Shown here one piece after another: positions 10,435 to 19,578 of a stretch of DNA of 32,000 nt. The position numbers and the translations under genes are program-made. The DNA is taken from contig CP145869.1 in assembly GCA_041941765.1 (NCBI GenBank), positions 120,001-152,000 of the forward strand. Reading direction: 5' to 3'. Source of the DNA: Candidatus Saccharimonadota bacterium. Lineage in GTDB: Bacteria > Pseudomonadota > Gammaproteobacteria > Enterobacterales > Enterobacteriaceae. How positions within the stretch are numbered: position 1 is the first letter of the stretch; the number at the start of each line of letters is the position of its first letter. The notes below the pieces were generated by a model. The model worked only from the letters and a program-made list of their open reading frames with translations. It was not told the DNA's origin and did no database searches.

Positions 10435-10689
10435 ATGAATCAACATAAGCATAAATTATTAGATCTAGTTCAAGAACAAAGGATCAATTTAATTAGTGAA
10501 TATAAGGATTGGAAAGATATATTATCTCATTACCAACATAATTTACTTATTTTACGAAACACAATAATTATTATTAGTAGTATATTAACTATTTTTTTAG
10601 CATATAATCCTCGAAGATTAATACGTTGGTCAAAACGTGGTATGGCTATTTGGAAAATTTACCAATTTTTACGTAAATCTTATCATTAG
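10435..10689 (+). CDS. yqjK: YqjK-like small membrane protein
   Basis: 84 aa. (Q)QR..L......W.......Y followed by the C-terminal L(I/V)RW..RG...W resembles E. coli YqjK (..MLVRWARRGFGVW..). Its position after yqjE is conserved. Confidence 0.7.
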   Translation: MNQHKHKLLDLVQEQRINLISEYKDWKDILSHYQHNLLILRNTIIIISSILTIFLAYNPRRLIRWSKRGMAIWKIYQFLRKSYH

Positions 10690-10730
10690 GAAACAATAAG
10701 AATAAATAACCATAATATTTTGTATTAATA

Positions 10731-10756
10731 GGATGCTGTTTAAATTAACAGCATCC
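10731..10756 (+). terminator. Stable hairpin downstream of yqjK; candidate terminator or RNA-end element without a U-tract
   Basis: GGATGCTGTT-TAAATT-AACAGCATCC forms a perfect 10-bp stem with 5 G:C pairs and a 6-nt loop. It stands out in otherwise AT-only spacer DNA. No T-run follows on either strand, so classical intrinsic termination is uncertain. Confidence 0.4.
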
Positions 10757-10838
10757 GCAATTAAAACTTAATATTTAATCATTATTAAAATAGTTTTTTA
10801 AGACAATACTGTATAATATTAAAAAAAAAAGAATAATC

Positions 10839-10868
10839 TTGTTATCAAGATTATATAATAAATATATT
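10839..10868 (+). promoter_or_regulatory. Candidate sigma70 promoter for rnpB
   Basis: TTGTTA (10839-10844), an 18-nt spacer and TATATT (10863-10868) place a start site about 7 nt downstream, at the G at 10875 where the P1 helix of RNase P RNA begins. AT-rich DNA produces many -10-like hexamers by chance. The -35 element also lies inside a 7-bp inverted repeat (AATCTTG/CAAGATT, 10835-10852). Confidence 0.3.
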
Positions 10869-10873
10869 GATTT

Positions 10874-11238
10874 AGAGGTTAGTTAGCTAGACAATCGCTC
10901 CTAATTTTTATAACTAGGGGAGGAAAGTCCGGGCTCCTACGGGCAAAGTGCCAGGTAACACCTGGAAGATGAAAATCTATGACTAGTGCCACAGAAAATA
11001 AACCACCATATATAACATTAATTATGGTAAGGGTGAAAAGGTGTGGTAAGAGCACACCGCACTACTGGTAACAGTTAGTGGCAAGGTAAACTCCACTTGG
11101 GAGCAAGGCCAAATAAGACTAAATAAGTATGGCCCATACTAAGTACGTCTGGGTAGGCTGCTTGAGCTAGTAAGTAATTACTAGCCTAGATGAATGATTG
11201 TCTATGACTGAACCCGGCTTATCGGTTAACTATCCTCT
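10874..11238 (+). ncRNA. rnpB: RNase P RNA (M1 RNA, bacterial type A)
   Basis: The universal core is present: GGAGGAAAGTCCGGGCTCC..GGGCA..GTGCCAGGTAACACCTGG, GGTAAGGGTGAAAAGGTGTGGTAAGAGCACACCGC, GGTAAACTCCAC..GGAGCAAGGCCAAATA, GGGTAGGCTGCTTGAGC, CCTAGATGAATGATTGTC and GAACCCGGCTTATCGG. P1 pairing runs between AGAGGTTAGTTA (5') and TAACTATCCTCT (3'). The P3 and P12 helices are shortened and AT-rich compared with E. coli. Each end is uncertain by a few nt. Confidence 0.95.
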
Positions 11239-11256
11239 AAAAATGACATTAATGCT

Positions 11257-11862
11257 TTATAAATTATCAACATGTTTTTTTAAAAAATCTGCTACGCCTT
11301 GTATACTAGGAGTTATACCCGGGTTACCTAATTGCCATTGTGCTGGACATACTTCTCCATTATGTTTTTCATGAAATTGAAGAGCATCTACCATACGTAG
11401 CATTTCATCAATATTACGACCTAATGGTAAGTCATTTACCACTTCATGACGAATGATACCCTTTTTATCAATTAAAAAAGAAGCTCGCAGAGCAACACCA
11501 CATTTTGGATGTTCAATTCCATAAGCTTTTTGAATTTCATGTTTGATATCTCCTACCATTGGATATTTAATTTTTCCAATTCCTCCATTAGAAATAGGAG
11601 TATTACGCCATGCTTGATGAACAAATACTGAATCAATAGAAATACCTATAATTTTAACTTCACGTTTTTTAAATTCATCATATCGTTTATCGAAAGCAAT
11701 TATTTCTGAAGGACAAACAAAAGTAAAATCCATAGGCCAAAAGAAAATTACTGCCATTTTTCCATGAATATATTTTTTTAAATTAAAATCATTTATTATT
11801 TCTCCATTACCTAAAATAGCATTACTAGTGAAATCTGGTGCTAATCTAGATACTAACATCAT
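11257..11862 (-). CDS. ahpC: Typical 2-Cys peroxiredoxin (AhpC/Prx1 subfamily, 200-aa Tsa-like type)
   Basis: 201 aa. The peroxidatic-Cys motif FFWPMDFTFVCPSEI and the resolving-Cys motif GEVCPAQW are present, along with LPLGRNIDEMLRMVDALQFHE. A GAGGAGA Shine-Dalgarno sequence lies 6 nt upstream of the ATG at 11862. Confidence 0.92.
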   Translation of the reverse strand: MMLVSRLAPDFTSNAILGNGEIINDFNLKKYIHGKMAVIFFWPMDFTFVCPSEIIAFDKRYDEFKKREVKIIGISIDSVFVHQAWRNTPISNGGIGKIKYPMVGDIKHEIQKAYGIEHPKCGVALRASFLIDKKGIIRHEVVNDLPLGRNIDEMLRMVDALQFHEKHNGEVCPAQWQLGNPGITPSIQGVADFLKKHVDNL

Positions 11863-12080
11863 ATTTATTCTCCTCTTATATTCACATTTTTCTATTATTA
11901 AATTTATTTATAATAAAGTAAATTACTTTACTTGAGATTATATTATTTATTATATAATAAAGCTAAGTATGATTTTACTTTTATATAATTTATTTATAGT
12001 TTTTTAAATAAATAGTATTCTAAAAAGTAATTAATTACTGAAATAGATAAATCTTATGATAATTTTTCTAAAGCAAATAA

Positions 12081-13184
<1,104 letters not shown>

Positions 13185-13507
13185 TTAAATAAATTAAGGG
13201 CATTTGTATTTATAAAAATACATCTGTAAAAACTAATTTATATTCCATTTTCTTAATTATAAGAATGTAGTTTTTAAAATTATATTTATTTAGCAACTAC
13301 AAATAAAGCATTCTCAATAGCATAATTTTTACTGGAAACGAAATAATGAATACAAGTGGTATAATAAAATAGGATTTTATTTTAACTATGGTACTACCTA
13401 AATGTACCATGAAAGCTTAAAGATCATTTTAAAATCAAAAGTCATCAATCAACACGATTCATAATTAAGACCAATTTCTCGGATTGTAACTCTTTACTTG
13501 ATTTTTA

Positions 13508-14299
13508 TTATATATGTTTTATAATGCGCGGTATATTTTCATCTTTTCTTAAAGTTAAGATTTCACAACCATTATTAGTTACTAAAACTGTATGTTCATA
13601 TTGTGCAGAAAGACTATGATCTTTAGTTTTAACGGTCCAACCATCTTTCATCTGACGAACTTTATAACTTCCTGCGTTAACCATAGGTTCTACAGTAAAA
13701 ACCATACCAGGTTGTAGAATAATACCATTATCATATGCATTATAATGTAATATTTGAGGTTCTTCGTGAAAATTTTTACCGATTCCATGACCACAATAAT
13801 CACGTACAACTGAAAAATTATGAGACTCAACATATTTTTGTATTTCACAACCTAAAATTCTTAATCGAATTCCTGGTTTAATCTTTTGTAAAGCTAAATA
13901 AAGGCTATTTTGTGTAACTTGACATAATTGTTGTGCATTAATAGTGGTCTTATCAACAATAAACATTTTAGATGTATCACCATAATAATTATCTTTAAGT
14001 ACTGTAACATCTATATTAAGAATATCTCCAGATTTAAGTATTTGTTGATCATTGGGAATTCCGTGACAAACCACATCATTTACTGAAATACAAACGGATT
14101 TAGGAAATCCTCGATATCCTAAGCAAGCTGAGATCGCATGTTGTTTATTAATAATATAATTATGACAGATATAATCTAATTTGCTTGTTGTTATCCCAGA
14201 CTTTACATATGGTGTAATCATTTCTAAGACTTCAGCTGCTAAATGGCTAGCTACTCGAATTTTTTCAATTTCTTCAATAGTTTTGATAATTACGTTCAT
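13508..14299 (-). CDS. map: Methionine aminopeptidase type I
   Basis: 263 aa (E. coli 264 aa), collinear with E. coli Map. Conserved blocks include ACLGY.G.PKSVCIS.N.VVCHGIP, DVTV.KD...GDTSKMF, YCGHGIG..FHEEPQ.LHY and SAQYEHT..VT..GCEILT. Confidence 0.95.
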   Translation of the reverse strand: MNVIIKTIEEIEKIRVASHLAAEVLEMITPYVKSGITTSKLDYICHNYIINKQHAISACLGYRGFPKSVCISVNDVVCHGIPNDQQILKSGDILNIDVTVLKDNYYGDTSKMFIVDKTTINAQQLCQVTQNSLYLALQKIKPGIRLRILGCEIQKYVESHNFSVVRDYCGHGIGKNFHEEPQILHYNAYDNGIILQPGMVFTVEPMVNAGSYKVRQMKDGWTVKTKDHSLSAQYEHTVLVTNNGCEILTLRKDENIPRIIKHI

Positions 14300-14508
14300 T
14301 ATTTATAATTACAAGTTATTAGATTAAGTTATAGTAACATTATTATTTTAATAGTCAAAAATTTTTACACGAACAATAAATATCTAAAAATCTCGATTTG
14401 ATTAAACCTATTTTAATCTTATTGATAGTTATTGGTCACTATGTGTAATTTATGTTATAAACAAATGATATATTTTATGATGTCACAGTGAAAATAAGGA
14501 ATATAAAT

Positions 14509-15234
14509 ATGATCACTCTTTCGATGCGCGATATGATAAAAGCTGGCGTACATTTTGGACATAAAACTCAATACTGGAATCCAAAAATGAAATCTTATAT
14601 TTTTGGGGTACGTAATAAAATCCATATTATCAATCTTGAAAAAACTATCTTACTGTTTAAAAAAGCTTTAATTGAGTTACAAAAAATCTCTTCTCAAAAA
14701 GGAAGAATATTATTTGTTGGAACAAAGCGAGCTGCTAGTGAACAAATTAAAATTACTGCAGAAAACTGTAATCAATACTTTATTAATCATCGTTGGTTAG
14801 GTGGAATGTTAACTAATTGGAAAACAGTTAGACAATCTATAAAAACCTTAAAGAATTTAGAAATACAAGCTCAAGATGGCACTTTTGATCAATTAACTAA
14901 AAAAGAAGTATTAATACGTTCTCGAAAGTTAACAAATCTTCAAAAAAGCCTAGGAGGAATTAAAAATATGGGAGGATTACCAGATGCTGTATTTATAATT
15001 GATTCGAATTATGAAAACATTGCAATTCAAGAGGCTAAAAAACTTGGAATTACTATATTTTCTATTGTTGATACTAATTCTGATCCTGAGGGCATTGATT
15101 TTGTTATTCCAGGCAATGATGATGCTATACGAGCCATTAAACTTTATTTAAATAGTGTTACTAAAGTTATTCAGCCAGAAGATAATACTGATTCATCTCC
15201 GTTGGAAGTAGTAACAGAATCTACTGTTCTGTAG
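14509..15234 (+). CDS. rpsB: 30S ribosomal protein S2
   Basis: [22 protein letters not shown] aligns from the E. coli start. I placed the start at ATG 14509, with an AAGGA Shine-Dalgarno sequence (14496-14500) 8 nt upstream. The track's GTG at 14488 adds 7 unsupported codons. Confidence 0.95.
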   Translation: MITLSMRDMIKAGVHFGHKTQYWNPKMKSYIFGVRNKIHIINLEKTILLFKKALIELQKISSQKGRILFVGTKRAASEQIKITAENCNQYFINHRWLGGMLTNWKTVRQSIKTLKNLEIQAQDGTFDQLTKKEVLIRSRKLTNLQKSLGGIKNMGGLPDAVFIIDSNYENIAIQEAKKLGITIFSIVDTNSDPEGIDFVIPGNDDAIRAIKLYLNSVTKVIQPEDNTDSSPLEVVTESTVL

Positions 15235-15300
15235 ATAACATATGTATGTTATATTAATCTAATGTTATTCATTTGATAACGTAAATGGAGTAAAATAAAT

Positions 15301-16113
15301 ATGGTTGTTAATATTATTACTATAGAGTTGGTAAAAGAATTAAGAAAAAGGACTGGAGCGGGGATGATGATCTGTAAAAAAGCTTTAATTGAAGCTAATG
15401 GAAATCTAGAACTAGCTATCGATTATCTACGAAAACAAGGTGAGACAAAATATGCAAAAAAAATAGATTATCCTACTTCTTCTAAACAAGGGCTTATAAT
15501 TATTAAAAAGGATGGAAATTGCTGTGTAATGATTGAAATTAACTGTGAAACTGATTTTGTTAGTCAAAATGCATACTTTAAGACTTTTGCAGATCATATT
15601 ATTACCACTGCTATTTCTGATCGTATTAAAGATATTGACATTCTAAGATCTAAATTTAAAGATGAACAATTAATATTAATGAATGCGGTACATGAAAATA
15701 TTAATATTCATAGACTTTCAACAGTAATAGAAGACGAAAAGGAAATTAGTCATTACTTACATGGAAATCGTATTGGAGTTATCGTAATTACTAGTCAAGG
15801 TACAAATAAGCAATTTGGTAAATCTCTTGCTATGCATATTGCAGCTAGTAAACCGGAATATATTAAACCAGAGTTAATTCCTATTGAAGTTCTTGAACAT
15901 GAACGTCAAATTCAAATAGATCTTGCAAGAAAATCAAAACAATCTACTAAATTTTTAGATAAGATAATTGAAGGACGTATAAAAAAATATTTTAATGAAT
16001 TAACATTAATTGGTCAAAAATTTATTTTTGACCCAAATCAAACAGTAGGACAAGTATTAAAAGAAAATAGTACCGAAGTAATAACGTTTCATCGTTTTGA
16101 AATAGGTGAATAA
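15301..16113 (+). CDS. tsf: Elongation factor Ts
   Basis: 270 aa. LVKELR.RTGAGMM.CKKAL.EANG..ELAI..(L/M)RK.G, E.NC.TDFV and MH.AASKPE.IKPE are conserved. The protein is about 13 aa shorter at the C-terminus than E. coli EF-Ts. Confidence 0.94.
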   Translation: MVVNIITIELVKELRKRTGAGMMICKKALIEANGNLELAIDYLRKQGETKYAKKIDYPTSSKQGLIIIKKDGNCCVMIEINCETDFVSQNAYFKTFADHIITTAISDRIKDIDILRSKFKDEQLILMNAVHENINIHRLSTVIEDEKEISHYLHGNRIGVIVITSQGTNKQFGKSLAMHIAASKPEYIKPELIPIEVLEHERQIQIDLARKSKQSTKFLDKIIEGRIKKYFNELTLIGQKFIFDPNQTVGQVLKENSTEVITFHRFEIGE

Positions 16114-16162
16114 ATCTTGTTTAAATTTATTATCAGCACTTAAAAAGTAAAATGATTAGATC

Positions 16163-16891
16163 ATGAATAAGTTGGGAAAAACCAATTACTATCAGCGTAT
16201 TTTATTAAAAATTAGTGGAGAATCGTTACAAGGGATTAAAAAATTTGGCATTGATTCCAAGATTCTTCAACATTTAGTTCAAGAAATTAAAGATATAGTT
16301 AATTTATCTGTACAAGTAGGTATTGTTATTGGTGGAGGAAATATTTTTCGGGGATCGGATTTAATTAAAATAGGTATTAATAAAGTTATTGCTGATGAAA
16401 TTGGGATGTTAGCAACTATTATGAATAGTCTTGCTATACAAGATGCACTTCATCGATCATCTGTAAAAGTTAATCTGATGTCAGCTATTCCAATTAATGG
16501 AATCTGTGAGATTTATAGTTGGGAAAAAGCTATTTCTTTATTAAATGATCAATATGTAGTAATTTTTGCTGCTGGACTTGGAAATCCTTTTTTTACAACT
16601 GATTCTGCTGCTTGTTTACGCGGGATAGAAATAAATGCAGATATCATATTAAAAGCCACTCAAGTAGATGGAATTTTTTCTAATGATCCTTTACTCGATC
16701 AATGTGCAACTCTTTATAAAAAATTAACTTATCAAGAAGTCTTAGATAACAAGTTAAAAGTAATGGATTTTACAGCTTTTATATTAGCAAGAGATCATCA
16801 GATTCCTATTCAAGTGTTTAATGTGACTAAACCTGGGGCTTTACGTAGAATAATTTTTGGAGAGATTGAAGGTACATTAATTACATGTTAA
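16163..16891 (+). CDS. pyrH: UMP kinase
   Basis: 242 aa (E. coli 241 aa). [32 protein letters not shown] and KAT.VDG.(F/Y)S.DP are conserved. The position between tsf and frr is canonical. Confidence 0.94.
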   Translation: MNKLGKTNYYQRILLKISGESLQGIKKFGIDSKILQHLVQEIKDIVNLSVQVGIVIGGGNIFRGSDLIKIGINKVIADEIGMLATIMNSLAIQDALHRSSVKVNLMSAIPINGICEIYSWEKAISLLNDQYVVIFAAGLGNPFFTTDSAACLRGIEINADIILKATQVDGIFSNDPLLDQCATLYKKLTYQEVLDNKLKVMDFTAFILARDHQIPIQVFNVTKPGALRRIIFGEIEGTLITC

Positions 16892-16930
16892 AATAAATTA
16901 GCATTAGTAAAAAAAAGGATCTTAACTCAA

Positions 16931-17488
16931 GTGATTAATATTATTAATAATGAGACAATTATTCGTATGGAACAATGTCTAAGTAGTTTTTCTAATCATA
17001 TCAATAACATTCATACGGGACGAGTAACTCCTAATTTAATCAATTCAATTACAGTAGAAGCTTATGGATTTGTAACTCCATTACGTCAATTAGTTAACAT
17101 TGTTACTGAAGACTCACGAACCTTAACTTTGACAGTTTTTGACAACAAATTAATTTCTTGTATTGAAAAAGCCATTTTATCATCTGATCTGGGAGTTACA
17201 CCAAATTGTATAGGAACAAAAATTCGATTAAGTTTTCCGATTTTAAGCGAAGAACGTCGTATTCAGTTGAGTAAATTAGTAAAAAAAGAAGCAGAATTAG
17301 CAAAAATCTGTGTAAGAAATGTACGACGTGAATTCAATCTCAAATTAAAAACACAGCTGAAAAAAACATCTCTTAGTGAAGATGAAGGACATAGAAAAGA
17401 AGCAGAACTTCAAAAAATTACAAACAATTATATAAAAAAAATAGATCTTATTCAAAATAAAAAAATCAAAGAGATTTTTGACTTTTAA
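16931..17488 (+). CDS. frr: Ribosome recycling factor
   Basis: 185 aa, the same length as E. coli Frr. TGR..P.L...I.VE.YG..TPLRQL..(I/V)..EDSRTL...VFD and RNVRR. are conserved. The start codon is GTG at 16931, and I recall that E. coli frr also starts with GTG. Confidence 0.93.
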   Translation: MINIINNETIIRMEQCLSSFSNHINNIHTGRVTPNLINSITVEAYGFVTPLRQLVNIVTEDSRTLTLTVFDNKLISCIEKAILSSDLGVTPNCIGTKIRLSFPILSEERRIQLSKLVKKEAELAKICVRNVRREFNLKLKTQLKKTSLSEDEGHRKEAELQKITNNYIKKIDLIQNKKIKEIFDF

Positions 17489-17529
17489 CAATCCTTAATT
17501 TTCTATATACAATAGAAGAAGTAAAAAAA

Positions 17530-18729
17530 ATGAAAAAATTAACAATACTTGGTTCTACAGGATCAATAGGTACTACTACATTGAAGATAGTATCTGAACA
17601 TCCACGTAAATTTCAAGTAAAAGCGCTAGTTGCAGGTCATAATGTTGATATAATGGCTAAACAATGTGGTTTATTTAAACCAGAATGGGCTGCTTTATTT
17701 GATAAACAGGCGGCACAGTTATTGAAACAGCGTTTACAAGATATGAAAGTGTCTACTAAAGTACTTGCAGGAGAAAAAGCTGCATGTGAATTAGCTTGTT
17801 TAGATGAAGTAGATCAAGTAATATCTGCATTATTAGGTTCGGTTGGTCTACGACCTACAATGGCTGCAATAAAAGCAGGTAAGCAAGTGTTATTAGCAAA
17901 TAAAGAATCTTTAGTAACAGCTGGTCGTTTTTTTATGGAAGCCATAGATGCAGCCAAAGTACAATTATTACCTATAGATAGTGAACATAATGCTATTTTC
18001 CAGGTTTTACCTCTTAGGATTAAAAAACAATTAGGTAAAGCATCTTTAAAAAAACATGGAGTTAAGAGTATTATTTTAACCGGTTCTGGAGGTCCTTTTC
18101 TAAATTTATCGCTTTCAGAATTTAATAAAATTACTCCCGAACAAGCTTGTGCACATCCAAATTGGAAAATGGGGAAAAAAATTTCAGTAGATTCAGCAAC
18201 TCTGATGAATAAAGGATTAGAATATATTGAAGCTCATTGGTTATTTAATGCTTCTGATAAACAATTAGAAATTATAATTCATCCTCAATCCTTAATTCAT
18301 TCTATGGTACGATATACGGATGGTATGATATTATCAGCAATAAGCTCTCCAGATATGAAAATTCCAATAGCATATTCTATGGGATGGCCAACTCGTGTAC
18401 AAAATAAAGTTATACACTTAGATTTTACAAAAATGAATCATTTTACTTTTTTGCCCCCCAATTTAGAACGTTATCCATGTTTAAAATTAGCAATAGAAGC
18501 ATGTCACCAAAAAGGACAACTAGCTTCAATTATATTAAATGCCGCTAATGAAATAGCTGTTAACGCCTTTCTTGACAGAAAAATCTCTTTTACTGATATT
18601 CCATCTATAAATAGCTTGGCTTTACAAAATATTTCTTGTCAAGAACCTCAAGATATTGAAGAAGTAATTGAAGTAGATAAATTAGTACGTATTAAAATTA
18701 ATGAATTATTACCGTCTTTTTATTTATAA
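17530..18729 (+). CDS. dxr: 1-deoxy-D-xylulose-5-phosphate reductoisomerase
   Basis: 399 aa (E. coli 398 aa). MK.LTILGSTGSIG..TL, LLANKESLVT.GR.FM, LLP.DSEHNAIFQ, LTGSGGPF, HPNW.MG.KISVDSAT.MNKGLEYIEA.WLF and HPQS.IHSMV.Y.DG are conserved. Confidence 0.95.
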   Translation: MKKLTILGSTGSIGTTTLKIVSEHPRKFQVKALVAGHNVDIMAKQCGLFKPEWAALFDKQAAQLLKQRLQDMKVSTKVLAGEKAACELACLDEVDQVISALLGSVGLRPTMAAIKAGKQVLLANKESLVTAGRFFMEAIDAAKVQLLPIDSEHNAIFQVLPLRIKKQLGKASLKKHGVKSIILTGSGGPFLNLSLSEFNKITPEQACAHPNWKMGKKISVDSATLMNKGLEYIEAHWLFNASDKQLEIIIHPQSLIHSMVRYTDGMILSAISSPDMKIPIAYSMGWPTRVQNKVIHLDFTKMNHFTFLPPNLERYPCLKLAIEACHQKGQLASIILNAANEIAVNAFLDRKISFTDIPSINSLALQNISCQEPQDIEEVIEVDKLVRIKINELLPSFYL

Positions 18730-18823
18730 AATAGAAAATTAATATTCAGATTTTTATCTTATTGATTTTTACTACTATAATTTATTCACTATATTTTTAT
18801 ATTATTAGATCTGAATTATTTTT

Positions 18824-19555
18824 ATGTATTATAATTTGATCACAAAAAATTATAAGGAACTTAAGATTCGTCATGTAGCTATTATTATGGATGGTAATGG
18901 ACGTTGGGCCAATCGTCAAGGAAAACTACGTATTTTTGGACATCAAGCTGGAGTCCAATCTTTAAAAAAGATAGTTAAGTTTGCTGTTAATCATAAATTA
19001 GAAGCACTTACTCTTTATGCTTTTAGTAGTGAAAATTGGACTCGACCAAAAAATGAAATAATAGCACTCATGGATTTATTCGAATGGGCACTTAATACTA
19101 ATTTAAGCAGATTAAATAAATATAATATTAAATTACATATTATTGGTAAAAAAAAGAATTTTAATATTAAATTACAAGAAAGTATTAATTACGCACAATT
19201 TGTTACCCAAAAGAATACCGGATTAGTACTTACTCTTGCTGTAAACTATGGTGGTCGATGGGATATTATTCATGCCATTAAGCAAATCGTAAATTTAGTA
19301 CAAAAAAAATTAATAGATCCGAATCTAATAGATGAAGATTATCTCTCAAAATATTTATGTCTTAATAATTTAGCTCCCGTTGATTTTCTCATAAGAACGG
19401 GAGGAGAATATCGATTAAGTAATTTTTTACTTTGGCAGTTAGCTTATACAGAATTATATTTTACGGATGTACTTTGGCCGGATTTTAATGAACAACTTTT
19501 TAAACAAGCAATAACAATTTTTTCTAAAAGAGAACGTAGATTTGGTAAAATTTAA
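18824..19555 (+). CDS. uppS: Undecaprenyl-diphosphate synthase
   Basis: 243 aa. RHVAIIMDGNGRWA..QGK.R.FGH.AG, EALTLYAFSSENW.RP, NYGGRWDI, IRTGGE.R.SNFLLWQ.AY.ELYFTDVLWPDF and RERRFG are conserved. Confidence 0.95.
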   Translation: MYYNLITKNYKELKIRHVAIIMDGNGRWANRQGKLRIFGHQAGVQSLKKIVKFAVNHKLEALTLYAFSSENWTRPKNEIIALMDLFEWALNTNLSRLNKYNIKLHIIGKKKNFNIKLQESINYAQFVTQKNTGLVLTLAVNYGGRWDIIHAIKQIVNLVQKKLIDPNLIDEDYLSKYLCLNNLAPVDFLIRTGGEYRLSNFLLWQLAYTELYFTDVLWPDFNEQLFKQAITIFSKRERRFGKI

Positions 19556-19578
19556 TTGTTTTTCTCACATTCGAGAAT

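Noticed and set aside
17530-18729. dxr looks GC-richer (about 30-37% on hand-counted lines) than uppS and bamA (about 15-20%), which could suggest horizontal acquisition
   Set aside because: rpsB and rpoC lines reach the same level (about 35-38%). dxr sits in its ancestral operon position with ordinary similarity to the E. coli protein. Stronger purifying selection on amino-acid content explains the difference.
18744-18816. 8-bp inverted repeat ATTCAGAT/ATCTGAAT flanking most of the dxr-uppS spacer
   Set aside because: The arms are short and separated by about 57 nt of AT-rich sequence. A match like this is expected by chance at this composition, and nothing else supports a function.
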